From Octopus sinensis (taxonomy: Eukaryota), in assembly GCF_006345805.1 (NCBI RefSeq), contig NC_043002.1, positions 84,258,001 through 84,322,000 of the forward strand: 64,000 nucleotides of DNA. Reading direction: 5' to 3'. The notes under the pieces are model-generated. The model searched no databases and was not told the DNA's origin. It worked only from the letters and a program-made list of their open reading frames with translations. Below, one piece after another: positions 25,249 through 38,421 of the stretch. A program made the translations under genes and the position numbers. Positions within the stretch are counted from its first letter, which is position 1. Each line of letters begins with the position of its first letter.

Positions 25249-25462
25249 GCTTCAAATTTTGGCACGAGGCCAACAATTTCAGGGGAGGGGTTAAGTTGAT
25301 TACACTGACCCCAGTGCTCAGCTGGTACTCATTTTATCGACCTCCTTAAAGATAAAAGGCAAAGTTGACCTCAGCAGAATTTGAATACAGAACGTGAAGA
25401 TGGATGAAATGCCGCTAAGCATTTTGCCTGGCAAGCTAACAATTCTGCCAGCTTGCTGTCTT
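25249..25462 (-). mobile_element. SINE family C
   Basis: Reverse complement of the 46684-type head and body. Confidence 0.75.
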
Positions 25463-26039
25463 GATATAAAGTAATATATATTGATATGTATTGAGTCTCA
25501 CAATGAAATTAAGCTACTCTAATTGAGGTTTGAATTTACCAATTCCACTGCTATTTAAAGATTCATCAAAGTTCACTCTCTTCTTACTCCTAAAGTGAAG
25601 TAACAAATGGAAATCTATTTGTTAAAATATAAACGGAACTATGTCAGGCACTGCTTATTTACATTACAATACAAGATTAAAAACCTGGCAATGATTACCG
25701 TATCTTGTGGGTCGCTAAGTAACAATGGAATTTTGATCTGCATTCAAAGCTGCTATAAAATCGTTTGTGGACCTAATTTCACATTGAGATTAAATACCCA
25801 TAGATATGGCTTTATATATCTATTTATTCATAACCTATACTCTGTTGGTACTCTAATTCAGTGGATAATAATAGGAATGTCATGTATTGCTTTATACACT
25901 GTGTGTGGTGGGTAGTACTTTTTGAAGGAGTGTTTTGCAGCCAGATGCCTTTATTGCCAAGCCTTTAAGCCATCTTTTACAATGCATAAGGATATAGTGT
26001 ATTCTAAAAACCAAACCAGGATATACAGATTTTATATAC

Positions 26040-26081
<42 letters not shown>

Positions 26082-26959
26082 GTGTGTGTGTGTGTATGCA
26101 TATATAGGTACAGGATGTCACCAACTGGGTAAACGACATGAAATATGTATATAAATGAGTTAAATATGTTAACAAGAAGAGAAAAAAATATCAAAAACAG
26201 GACAACACAGAGAAACGACCCTTCATCAGTTGTCAGCTGTCTATCTACTCATTTTGAGTATTCAATGACAATATGAGTCTTCAAAAGCAGCTGCTCCCAT
26301 AAATTCTAAAATAAAATTCAGGATTTATGGCAGGTCAAAGTTGGGAACAAAAACAGGACAGCGGAGTCATACAAGGAAACAAAAACAAACATGGAGGGTC
26401 GTTAGACCAGAACGAGAGGAAAATAGTGAATGCTGGGAGAAATGTTTTCTTTGAAAAGAGAAAAGATAGAAGAGAGAGAAAAAAAAGACGCCCAGCCCTT
26501 TGAATGTCCATGCAGGAAAAGAAAGGTCACATGAGGAAAGGGAAGATGGACAATGGTCACATGTGAGCAACAAGAGAGAGAAAAAGAGAAAGCGGTGGGG
26601 GCGGGGGAGACAGACAGATAGAAAACACACACACACATATATGTAACTATTTTAAACAAATTACTCTTGTGAATAATTATGGTTCCTGCTGTCTTTAAAA
26701 GCTTCATTGTTCAGTGTATTATAATATCTACCTAAGGATAGAATAACTGAACTATTTGTTTTTATTGATATAGCTTTCAAGGTGGTGACATTTAGTTTAT
26801 TTAATCTAAATATTACATTGGTTTTTATTATATTGTAATCTCTTTAACCTTCTTTGTTCCTCTCTCTGTCTCACACATATGCATACAGACACTCTCCTGG
26901 TAGCTTCACATCCTCACCATAATAGTAGCCTTCCTCATCAGGACCAAAAAATAACTTCA

Positions 26960-27380
26960 TTTCCACCACTAACTATTAGGCCTCTTCAAAGTTCATGCTA
27001 AATCCACTGTGGAATACTGTTCCTACATTTGGAACAATGCTACTGTTACACTGGCATCCTTCATCAGCTCATCAAAATGCACTTCTGATTGGCTAGCATA
27101 AGATCGCTCAGCAGTACACTACACACTCCAACCCCAACCTTTTGCACACACAAATGATGATCCCTCACTCTGTGTCTTCTACTTCTACCACATTAGCCTC
27201 TTCTCTTTGCATCTGGCTGATCTCATACTGCTTCCAATCAAACCAGCCAGTTTCAGTCCTCTTTTATCCTCTCATATTTATAACACATCCTTCTTTTTTG
27301 CTTCAGCCTCACACTAATTATACCATATAGTCCTTCCTACTTAGAATATCAACTTTATTATTCCATTCTTGTCCATGTTT
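26960..27380 (+). mobile_element. Degenerate LINE (Jockey/CR1/L2-group) RT C-terminal remnant
   Basis: LLGLFKVHAKSTVEYCSYIW from 26973 matches the LYKxxxRxxLEYCSxIW motif. Confidence 0.55.
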
Positions 27381-27499
27381 TTCCTGCAGTTATGGAAGAA
27401 GAACATTACCCACATAGATCGCATGGGTATGCAAAGGTTATGGACTCTATTTCACCAAATGAAATTGTTAAGATATAACATTTGTCTTTGAATGACTTG

Positions 27500-27920
27500 G
27501 GATCTTTTCGGTTTGACCGGCAGTTTTTTAAAATAATTTCCACATAACTAAACACTTTTAAACTTCGTATACTGGTAGAATGTGTTTATAAAACATCTTT
27601 TTCTCTTGGCTTTATTGAGAAAATTCTATAGTTTGTAAGATATTTGTTGTTTTTTTCTTCAAGTTCTGCAATTTCAACCAATCAATGACGTCTATTGAGG
27701 TGAAAACATTCTGTGCTATATGAATATGTCCCTCGTTTAAGAAACAGATTGGGTTTATTTACATTTCTGAAGAAAAAAAGATACCCTTCCCCCCGAACCC
27801 TAACTAACCCTAAGCCTAAAACAAATTGAAATGCAATAGATTGATACTAGGGTCATAATTATGGGTGACAATTTCATATGACGCCGCTAGAAAAAACTGC
27901 CGTTCAAACTGAAAAGATCC
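27500..27920. mobile_element. Non-autonomous DNA transposon (421 bp), Merlin-like
   Basis: 29-bp TIRs ggatcttttcggtttgaccggcagttttt / aaaaactgccgttcaaactgaaaagatcc; exact 8-bp TSD atgacttg at 27492-27499 and 27921-27928. Confidence 0.85.
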
Positions 27921-28280
27921 ATGACTTGTGCCATCGTGTCTCTAATTCATGTGTTTATATATGCACATGGTCATTTTCCTTCAAAATCCTCCTCTCCTAA
28001 ATACTGCCAATCAAAACTGTTGTTTTGGGAGTGAAGTTCAGAACTTCATCCTATTATAGTGGATTAGACAGATAAGAACAAATTTCTTTCAACACTTCAT
28101 TTGAATTAGGAAAAAAGAAGTTATAAGTATATGTAGCATACATTATACTCTAATAGGTGTGTAACACTTGCTGTTATCAAATTAAACATCAGAATATTCA
28201 TTAGTTAGCACAGCTGTGCATGTGTAACATTTTCCTCATTTTTTACATCTTAATATATGTTGATACACACACTACATATA

Positions 28281-28343
<63 letters not shown>

Positions 28344-29012
28344 TGTATAAGGAACTTGCCTTGTACAAGTATGCGTGCAAAACTATTTAACTATTCTAGG
28401 CATGTTCGGCAAATGAAAAAGCTATTTCTGTAAGTTTCATAGAACTGATCTAATCTGCTCGTTTAATCATCATCCTCTCTCCCTGCTCTTTTATCACTCT
28501 TCTTAACCATTCCTACTCTGTCTCTCTCACCTTCTTTTTTTTCATCTCCCTACCTGTGTCTCTCCTACCCTGTCTCATATATATCACTTCATTTTTTCTC
28601 CCTCTGTGCTTCTCTCTTCTCATTTTAGAAAATAGTCATGTGTTCTAGAAAGATTATTCATCAAAATCCTTTGAGACTCAGCAGATCTCAAAGAACCAAA
28701 GGTTAAATTCTTTTCTTAATATTACAGTTGTGTTATTCTAACTAGTGGAGGGCCTCAAGTTTGTAAGATTAGGAAAATGGAATGTTGTGATGTTTATGCT
28801 TTTCCCCAATAGTTTAAAGCAATTTCAGTTAAATGGAATTGCTTCATCTGTGAATCAAAAGAATTTTGAGGATTTGTCTCACTGGAAGCATTAATCTTGC
28901 TCCATGGCACAATGTCAGCACTTTTGATGATTTCCCATATACAGATTTGGTTAGAATTTGTTTTCCACAACACTCTTCTGAAAACTTTGTGCATATGTGT
29001 GCATATATATAT

Positions 29013-29190
29013 ATACAAAATAAGAAAATGGAGAAATACACCTTAATCAATAATCAACTACCAGATAATACCCAATCACATAATTTATTAACAATGTTCA
29101 TATGTAGTGGGTTAATAAATTATGTGATTGGGTATTATCTGGTAGTTGATTATTGATTAAGGTTTATTTCTCCATTCTCTTATTTTGTAT
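29013..29190. repeat. Foldback inverted repeat: 80-bp arms, 18-nt spacer (probable MITE)
   Basis: 29013-29092 is the reverse complement of 29111-29190 with 2 mismatches; a single-arm copy lies at ~45805-45885. Confidence 0.9.
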
Positions 29191-29359
29191 TATTAATTTG
29201 TGGTAAAACATTTTACCTTTGCCCATATAATACAATAAATGAATTAATTGCATCGCAATTCTTAACATTTATGTATTAACTTTGTTGGGTGCTTTACTGG
29301 CAGTATATTGGATATATGTTATCCCATGGTGGGTTGCACTCACAACCCCTATCTCAATT

Positions 29360-29394
<35 letters not shown>

Positions 29395-29395
<1 letters not shown>

Positions 29396-29648
29396 GAGGC
29401 ACATGGCCTAGTGGTTAGGGTGTCAGCATTATGATCATAAGATTGTGGTTTCAATACCTGGACCGGGCGACGCATTGTGTTCTTGAGCAAATAACTTCAT
29501 TTCATGTTGCTCCAGTCCACTCAGCTGGCAAAAATGAGTAACGCTGCAATGGACTGGTGTCCCGTCCAGCTGGGGAACACATACGCCATAGAAACCGGAA
29601 AACTGGGCTCATGAGCCTGGCTAGGCTTTAAAAGGGTGCATTTATTAT
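29395..29648 (+). mobile_element. SINE family B, full length
   Basis: 'ggaggcacatggcctagtggttagggtg...gtggtttcaatacctggacc' tRNA-like head, central 'gttcttgagcaa...gttgctccagtccactcagctgg' domain. Confidence 0.85.
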
Positions 29649-29749
29649 TTATATATATATAATGTGTGTGTGACTATATGTCCATTTATATATAATAGTG
29701 TGTACGTATATGTGTGTTAGTATATGTCCATATATATAATGTGTGTGTG

Positions 29750-29797
<48 letters not shown>

Positions 29798-30018
29798 CAT
29801 ACAGATGTCATGTAACACAGTCAGTATGAATCAGCTGTGTCTAAGAATAAGTTGTAAACCACTTTATTATTCCTTAAAGCTATTAGTAATGAAGATGGAC
29901 AGATTTCTGTTATTCTATAAATATATAAATTAATACTATATTCATTATTTTGATTCTTTTACTTTTTGATATATGAAATTTGTTCTTATTGTGTGTGTGT
30001 GTGTGTTCATATATATAT

Positions 30019-30401
30019 TGTGGCACTCTGTCAGTTACGACAACGAGGGTTCCAGTTGATGCAATCAATGGAACAGCCTGCTCGTGAAATTAACTTGTGA
30101 CTGGCTGAGCATTCCACAGACACATGTACCCTTAACGCAGTTCTTGGGGAGATTCAGCGTGAAACAGTGTGTGACAAGGCTGGCTCTTTGAAATACAGGT
30201 ACAACAAAATCAGGAAGAAAGAGTGAGAGAAAGTTGTGGTGAAAGAGTACAGTAGGGTTCGCCACCTCCTCCCCTTCCCTGCCAGAGCCTCATGGAGCTT
30301 TAGGTGTTTTTGCTCAATAAACACTCACAATGCCCTGTCTAGGTATCAAAACCGTGACCACAAGTCTGCTGCCCTAACTACTGGGCCATTGCACCTCCAC
30401 A
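30019..30401 (-). mobile_element. tRNA-headed SINE family D
   Basis: Minus-strand head 'tgtggaggtgcaatggcccagtagttagggcagcagact...ggttttgatacc'. Confidence 0.7.
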
Positions 30402-30767
30402 CACGCACACATAAATAAATGAAAATTGACAAATCCATCTGAGCATCAGACAAAATACCTTCAACATTTAGTTTTAGCTAATTCAAATCCCGTCAAAAAC
30501 AACTCTTCTTGTCATCTTTATGAGAGTGGTAACGCAAAGTGCCTTTCATGTACTAGGATCAATTTAATGTTCCTGTAATACACTCTAAATGTTAATGAAA
30601 TTATAATAGAAGGCTTGTCTGTGTAGTTAAGCAGTTTGCTTTGCAAGGACATAGTTTATGTTTCTGTTCGGCTGCATGGCGCCTTTGGTGTCTTCCATTA
30701 TAATACCAGTCTAGTAACTAAGGTCATCAATTAATTACCACCACCACAGCTCAATATTTATGGCCTT

Positions 30768-32679
30768 ATGAACATCAATGGAATTTGTATCTTTGTGGTT
30801 CCAGTACCGGTGGCACACAAGAAAACCATCCGAACGTGGCCGTAGCCAGTACCGCATCGACTGGCCTCCGTGCTGTGGGCACAACAAACACCATCTGATC
30901 GTGGCCGTTCGCCAGCCTCATCTGGCACCTGTGTCGGTGGCACATAAAAACACCATCCGAAGACCCGGCGACGTAGTCAGTCCACCTGTGCATACCTTCC
31001 CTCTTATGACACTTGTGAAGACCTGTTGAGGCAAGTGTGTGACACTTGTGAAGACCTGTTGAGGCAGAGGCAAGTGTGTGACACTTGTGAAGACCTGTTG
31101 AGGCAGAGGCAAGTGTGTGACACTTGTGGAGACCTGTTGAGGCAAGTGTGTGACACGTGTGACACTTGTGAAGACCTGTTGAGGCAAGTGAAAATCAAAA
31201 CAAATCAAAATAGATGAACATCAATGGAATTTGTATCTTTGTGGTTCCAGTACCGGTGGCACACAAGAAAACCATCCGATCGTGGCCGTTCGCCAGCCTC
31301 ATCTGGCACCTGTGTCGGTGGCACATAAAAACACCATCCGAAGACCCGGCGACGTAGTCAGTCCACCTGTGCATACCTTCCTACTTATGACACTTGTGAA
31401 GACCTGTTGAGGCAAGTGTGTGACACTTGTGTAGACCTGTTGAGGCAAGTGAAAATCAAAATCAAAATCAAAATCAAAATCAAATCAAACCAAATCAAAA
31501 TAGATGAACATCAATGGAATTTGTATCTTTGTGGTACCAGTACCGGTGGCACACAAGAAAACCATCCGAACGTGGCCGTAGCCAGTACCGCATCGACTGG
31601 CCTCTGTGATGTGGGCACATAACAAACACCATCCGATCGTGGCCGTCCGCCAGCCTCATCTGGCACCTGTGTCGGTGGCACATAAAAACACCAACCGAAG
31701 ACCCGGCAAGACTAGTCAGGCCATAACCCGTGGCCCCTACTTGGGACGTAGTCAGTCCACCTGTACATACCTTCCTTCCTTCTTGTGACACTTGTGAAGA
31801 CCTGTGAAGACCTGTTGAGGCAAGTGAAAATCAAATCAAATCAGATCAAAATAGATGAACATCAATGGAATTTGTATCTTTGTGGTACCAGTGCCGGTGG
31901 CACACAAGAAAACCATCCGAACGTGGCCGTAGCCAGTACCGCATCGACTGGCCTCCGTGCTTGGGCACGCAACAAACACCATCCGATCGTGGCCGTTCGC
32001 CAGCCTCATCTGGCACCTGTGTCGGTGGCACATAAAAACACCATCCGAAGACCCGGCAAGACTAGTCAGGCCATAACCCGTGGCCCCTACCTGGGACGTA
32101 GTCAGTCCACCTGTGCATACCTTCCTTCTTGTGACACTTGTGAAGACCAGTTGAGGCAAGTGAAAATCAAAATCAAATCAAAACAAATCAAAATAGATGA
32201 ACATCAATGGAATTTGTATCTTTGTGGTACCAGTGCCGGTGGCACACAAGAAAATCATCCGAACGTGGCCGTAGCCAGTACCGCATAGACTGGCCTCCGT
32301 GCTTTGGGGACGTAACAAACACCATCCGATCGTGGCCGTCCGCCAGCCTCATCTGGCACCTGTGTCGGTGGCACATAAAAACACCATCCGAGCGTGGCCG
32401 TCTGCCAGCCTCGTCTGGCACCTGTGTCGGTGGCACATAAAAACACCATCCGAGCGTGGCCGTTCGCCAGCCTCGTCTGGCACCTGTGTCGGTGGCACAT
32501 AAAATCACCCACTACACTCTCGGAGTGGTTGGCGTTAGGAAGGGCATCCAGCTGTAGAAACACTGCCAGATCTGACTGGCCTGGTGCAGCCTTCGGGCTC
32601 CCCAGACCCCAGTTGAACCGTCCAACCCATGCTAGCATGGAAAACGGACGCTAAATGATGATGATGATGATGATGATGA
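30768..32679 (+). repeat. Tandem array of five RTE 3'UTR-derived units ending in one RTE terminus
   Basis: 'atgaacatcaatggaatttgtatctttgtgg' recurs at 30768, 31214, 31504, 31855, 32197; only the last unit has the 3' end and (GAT)n tail. Confidence 0.9.
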
Positions 32680-33540
32680 ATTAACAAGCATTAGAGCATT
32701 GGTTTTAAATGCCTTGTGATATTTGTTTCGGGCCTTCACATACTGGGTTCAAATTTCACTAAGGTCAATTTCACTTTTCACCCTTTTGGGGTTAATAAAG
32801 TACCAGTCAAATACTGAGGTTGATATAATTGATTAAACCACCTCCTCCATCCCTACATTGCTTGTCTTATTCCTAAATTAGAAATTCTTATTTCACCCAG
32901 GCTTTCAGACAATATGAATTTTAATTCCACAACGGGCAATTGTGTTTCTTTGTCTTTTGCCTTTGCTCTTTCTCCTCTTTGTTTGTCTGTCTGTCTGTCT
33001 CTCTCTCTCCCCCTTTCTCCCTCTCCACTAATTTTCTCACTTCTTATTGTCCTATTTCTATAATTTAAACTTTAGCATTCAGATGTATTGCTGATTTATT
33101 CACTTTGTTTTATGGCTTCAAGATTTTGATAATGTATTTGCTTATTTCTAGAATGACATTTTAGGGTAGGTATGAGAGGCCAGATCTGGCCATTTTTAAC
33201 ATAAAATTCAAATCCTGCCAAAATCCTGAAATTGCTGGCTTTGCGCCAAAATTTGAAACCTATTTGAGCTACATACAGTCACCTTAAATGCTGAAGAGTT
33301 AAGTCAGTATAAAGTTTCTGAATTAATTGCATTATAATTGTTTAGTTTCTTTTCTGCTCCAAGTTCAAGTCCTATCAAGGACTAACTTTGTTGTTTCATC
33401 TCTGGGGTTAATAAGTACAAGTAATACACTATGTTCTGTCAACTCATTCCTTTTCTCTAGAAAAAAAAAAATCAACCTTTTCCCCTACTACAAAGAAAAT
33501 CTTCTTGGACTGTCATGCATTATCACATCTAATAGCATTC

Positions 33541-33755
33541 AAATCGGCAAGCTGGTAGAACCATAACCATGCTGGGCAAAATGCTTAGCAGCATTTAAAA
33601 CCTCTTTATGTTCTGAGTTCAAAGCTGCCAGGGTCGACTTTGTGTTTCGTCTTTTCGGGGTCAGTAAATTAGGTACCAGTTGAACACTGGAGTCAATGTA
33701 ATTGACTTACCCGCTTCCCTTGAAATTGCTGGCTTTGTGTCAAAATTTGAAACCT
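33541..33755 (+). mobile_element. SINE family C, diverged
   Basis: Homology to 46684-46926. Confidence 0.7.
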
Positions 33756-33917
33756 ATATCTCATATCATTGATTGATGTCTTCTTATGTACAAAGAATTA
33801 AGACAGAGCTCTTCAATAAACTACTTTCACAGTCATTTCACAAATACTTTTACTTATTTCCTAACCTGTTCTTCTTTTCCCTTTCCATCTTAAACAGTAG
33901 TAGTTGTGATGACAGTA

Positions 33918-33951
<34 letters not shown>

Positions 33952-34304
33952 TGCTGAACAAGTAAATGATTGTATTGGATGTATTGAGATGATGACAGTT
34001 TTTACATTTATTTTCTGCTGTTTACTGTCTGAACTTAATGTATGTATATCTAATCATTCCGTTAGTGAGCATGCTAAGTAGGGAGGGCTTGAAGATGGTG
34101 AATCTGAATAAATTCCTGCTCTTTGATGATAATAATGAAAAGCAGTTTGGTTTTTCAGCAAGTGTTTGTGTGTGTGTATGTATGTGGTGGGGTATGTATG
34201 ACGATGTATAGCTTTTCTTTTCCACAATACATTTGTACTTTTCTGATATATTTCTGATTTCTTATATGCTTCTATCAAACATTTCTGGTTTCTTATATCT
34301 TTCA

Positions 34305-34358
<54 letters not shown>

Positions 34359-34476
34359 ATATTCCTTATGCTTTCATCATGTTTTTGTTGTCATATTTCT
34401 TATATTTTTATTTTATATTTCTTATACTTTCTTCATCTATTTTCCCTTTATAATATACAATTGAATATTTATCTGT

Positions 34477-34534
<58 letters not shown>

Positions 34535-35149
34535 GTCATTCATCATTTGTCTGTCGATGCACATCTCTCTATGTGTACGTTTTAGTTTGCTTTGAACTCA
34601 GGCAGACTAAAACAATATAAAATGGCTGACTTCCAAATAGAGTTCATAAATTTAACTCTGATTTGTACTATGTATATATAGTGGTGGTGGTGGTAATGAT
34701 GGATATGTATAGCCGCACACTCATACATAAACACACTTTTTATTTTCTTCTACAATTTCATTGGCATTGCAGAAGAGTACCCTGGCATTCGAAAACATTC
34801 TGGGGTTGGTGATATTGATGTAGTTGATGTTTAGTTTGAACTATTCGAAGTTGATGACTGTTGGGATGGCTTGGAAAGAATTTTAAGGATTGCAGTTTGA
34901 GGGAAGTGTAGTATGGGTTTTTTTTAATATTTTGTGGGGAATAACAAGAGAAGAGATTGGTGTATTAAATAGACTTAGATGGTGGTGGTTAACAGCATAT
35001 TAGTTGAGAGGAACTAGAGGCAAAACTGGTGGAAGACAGCCTGGTTGTTTGTGTTTGTAGTTACTGAGTGATGGACTGTCAATGAGTTGAATGAGTTTTT
35101 CTTATTTGTGTGCATATAGCAACTGTTCTACTTCTGATATGCTAATAGT

Positions 35150-35600
35150 ATTCTTGTAGAAAATGCTTATGCCTTATTATAGAGTAGCGGCTATGTGTCT
35201 GAGGAGAAGGCTTGAACTATGAGGTCCAGTTTTGGTTGTGCTATAAATAGATGGTGACCAATGAGTGATCATTAGAGGTTGTGTAGCCTAAGATTTGAGT
35301 AGAGAGGATGAAGTTTTAGTTGTGGTTTATTGATGAATGGTGGGGATGTTGCCAGTGCTGGCTTAATGTGTGGGCCCAATGTTATTCTGTGTATTCTGTA
35401 GTTTGCTATCAATAAATAAATGTAGCCCCTCTCTATTCAGTGTATTGCTTTGTCCAAAGGCCTATAATGCTGGTAAAATGGCCTTGAGCATAGGGTTTCA
35501 AAGTTTTCTGCTTGATATGTGTGTTGACTATGTTTTGGTGAAACAAGGGGGACCAGGTGATGTTATATCTCTGTTCAAGGATAATCTTTAAGGCATTTTC
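35150..35600 (-). mobile_element. Highly degenerate LINE remnant (Jockey/I-like)
   Basis: Minus-strand fragments ITWSP...IVNT and MLKAIL...GQSN resemble the post-RT region LTWSPH...LKALAGT.WGQ; many stops. Confidence 0.35.
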
Positions 35601-36485
35601 CTTGAAAACAGTCCTAATGACACTTGTGTGTGTAGGTTGTTGAGGGAAGTGGGTTGGCATTTGCATAGCAGTGCATTTCCCCAGAAATAACAATGAGAAA
35701 AGATGTAGATGGCATTACAAAATGCTGATTGAAGTGAAACATAAGCTGCAAGATTCCATCAACACATTGTGATGGAACCATCTAAAAGGTAACTTCCTTG
35801 CAGAGATTTTGACAAATAACCAGAGAATTCTAACAAGTCTTTGGGTTACCACAAAAAAAAAAAGTGTTATGCTCTGTGTTAAGGGCACGTCAGCTTCACA
35901 GTCCACATCTCCCTGTTCTATTGCAACTTATCTTCATTTCCAACATGCCAATGATAATGGAAATTGTCATAAATGGCTTTTTCTTCTTTTTTTTTTTCAC
36001 CTAAAATCTTCCTTTCTCAGTAAATGAAATGAATTGACCAGCAATTGAACCTATATTGTAAATTCATCTCTAGGAATCTAATACCACAGTGTGCATGCAC
36101 ACACACACCACACACACACACACATTCAAGCAAAGATTATCATCATTAGCTTAACTGTGCTGTCATCACTCCAGGATATTCTTAACTCTTTTAACACCTG
36201 TTATTAATAAATCTTTATGCTTAAGTACTGCATTCTTAAGGGGAAGAAAATGACAAAATTGAAATCTTGGACAGGCTCTAAGGATTATTCACTTCTCAAC
36301 AACATTATTGCATGCAAGCACTTATAATAGCCAGTGATAGATTGACATTTCAATAATTTATATGATGTATGGAGAAAAATCTGCTTTTTCTAATTTTAAT
36401 TTTCTTTTCTTTACAACAACTATATTTTATACTCTTAAGCTCTAAAAGACCAGTAAATAATTTTTTTTATGCTTAGTAATTCTTT

Positions 36486-36866
36486 AGTGGCTGTGTGGTA
36501 AGTAGCTTGCTTAACAACCACATGGTTCCGGGTTCAGTCCCACTGTGTGGCACCTTGGGCAAATGTCTTCTACTATAGCCTCAGGCCTACCAAAGCCTTG
36601 TGAGTGGATTTGGTAGATGGAAACTGAAAGAAGCCCGTTGTATATATGTATATGTGTGTGTATTTGTGTGTGGTTCCCCCCACCAACATCGCTTGACAAC
36701 CGATGCTGGTGTGTTTACGTCCCTGTAACTTAGCAGTTCGGCAAAAGACACCGATAGAATAAGTACTAGGCTTACAAAGAATAAATCCTGGGGTCGATTT
36801 CCTCAACTAAAGGCGGTGCTCCAGCATGGCCACAGTCATATGACTGAAACAAGTAAAAGAGTAAGA
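36486..36866 (+). mobile_element. SINE family A, near full length, young
   Basis: A/B-box head, 'ccttgggcaa.tgtcttc' domain, intact tail. Confidence 0.9.
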
Positions 36867-37136
36867 GAGATACTACAGAACCAATCATTTGAAAATTTCT
36901 CAATGTGTATTTTTGTAAAATGTCATTCCTTGTTGATATATTCCTATTTTTACTTGCTTTCACATCCTTTAATTCGATATATCACCTTCCTTCTCAATTT
37001 ATTCAACCTGAAATTATAATTCAAAAGAAAGCCCTTCTCTCTGATTATGGCTGAACATTTTTATCTTTAATAACTTCAAATTAAGAAAAAGATGATTATA
37101 ATTATTATAATTATTATAACTAATTATTATTATTAT

Positions 37137-37583
37137 GTGAGAGAGCAGTGCATGCCATCAAAGTGGCACTCAGGTAAAATATACGAAGCCCAGTATACCC
37201 ATCATGACTACCCGTCTGATAAGGGTACACTAGGCACATGCATCACAACCATATGTGTGCGACATGATGATCTCATATCAAGATAAACAGCACATGACCT
37301 TGCAGGTGGGGCCCAGTTAGAATTTTCTTCTGGTCAAATAGCCCATCCCACTCAAGAGGTCCCTGAATAAGGGTTGTTTAAGGATGTTGAACGAAACACC
37401 CATGTTTCCAGAGATGAACCATTCAAACCCCAAAGAATCCCTCTCAACACACGGCTATGATGCTCCCCTACTACTTCTGCTCGTGATCAGAAATGCACAT
37501 ATCGTCAGCCACTAAGGGACAAGCTCAACAGATTAAGGTCAAACAACTGACAAGCAAATCTGTGGTATTGAGCAGAATATTTG
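37137..37583 (-). mobile_element. Unclassified retroposon-like element with (TAA)n tail on the minus strand
   Basis: Compositionally distinct ~450-bp block flanked by (TTA)n; minus strand ends '...gcactgctctctcac(ataataataat)'. Confidence 0.5.
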
Positions 37584-38421
37584 ATTATTATTATTATTAT
37601 TATTATTATTCTGTTGTGCTCATATATCTTGAGGGTTCTTTCCTTGTCTTCATTCATTTGTTTTAATGTCCATTTTTCTGTGGTTCTTGTTGAAATATGT
37701 CCTTAGGCATCTGTCATGCAAATATCTAAATTAAAGTAATTGACCTGAAAGCAGCATGGATGGAGAAATGACCATAAATATATAACTCTAAAGGAGTAAA
37801 TATTCCCAAACAAGGACCTCCACTCAGCTGAGAGAGGGGAAAGGGTGTGACTTTGGAGTATTCCTTCACATTTATGCATATTAGGCAATCACCATTTGCA
37901 GCTGCATTCAGCAATTTTGCAGTCATGCTTTCACATGCACACAGCATGCAGATGTGTGCTTACATATAAATTTATAATCATAAACTTTATAACCGAATGC
38001 ATTGCTAATTACATAGATAACATTTACACATACAAATAATAATAATAATAATAATAATGGTTTCAAATTTTGTACCAAGGGCAGCAATTTTGGGGAGGGG
38101 ATGAGTCAATTACATCGAACCCCAGTGTTCAATTGGTATTTATTTTTATCGCCCCCCCCCCAAAGGATGGAAGGTAAAGTTGACCTCAGCAGAATAATAA
38201 ATGAATTCAAAGTGAGATGTGATTGATATGTATACGCACACACACACACGCATATGCACACACAAACGTGTGCTCACACAAACACACACACACACGCATA
38301 TGCACACACAAACGTGTGCTCACACAAACACACACACAAGTACATGCATTATTTGTTTTGCTTTATTTTTACTGTGAAATTCTTAAAAGTCATTGATTGC
38401 ATAACTTTCTTCACATTTTAG

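Noticed and set aside
26200-26260. Minus-strand CTGATGAAGGG, reminiscent of Penelope-type hammerheads
   Set aside because: No GAAA follows a stem II; at most a degenerate repeat end
27796-27813. Telomere-like aaccctaactaaccctaa
   Set aside because: Only two imperfect units, internal to a TIR-bounded MITE
29395-29470. tRNA gene from A/B-box-like motifs (also the heads of SINE A, C and D)
   Set aside because: No complete cloverleaf; continues directly into SINE body sequence found in multiple copies
30768-32679. CRISPR-like repeat-spacer appearance
   Set aside because: Inter-repeat segments are themselves repeated RTE 3'UTR modules, not unique spacers; eukaryotic context and no cas genes
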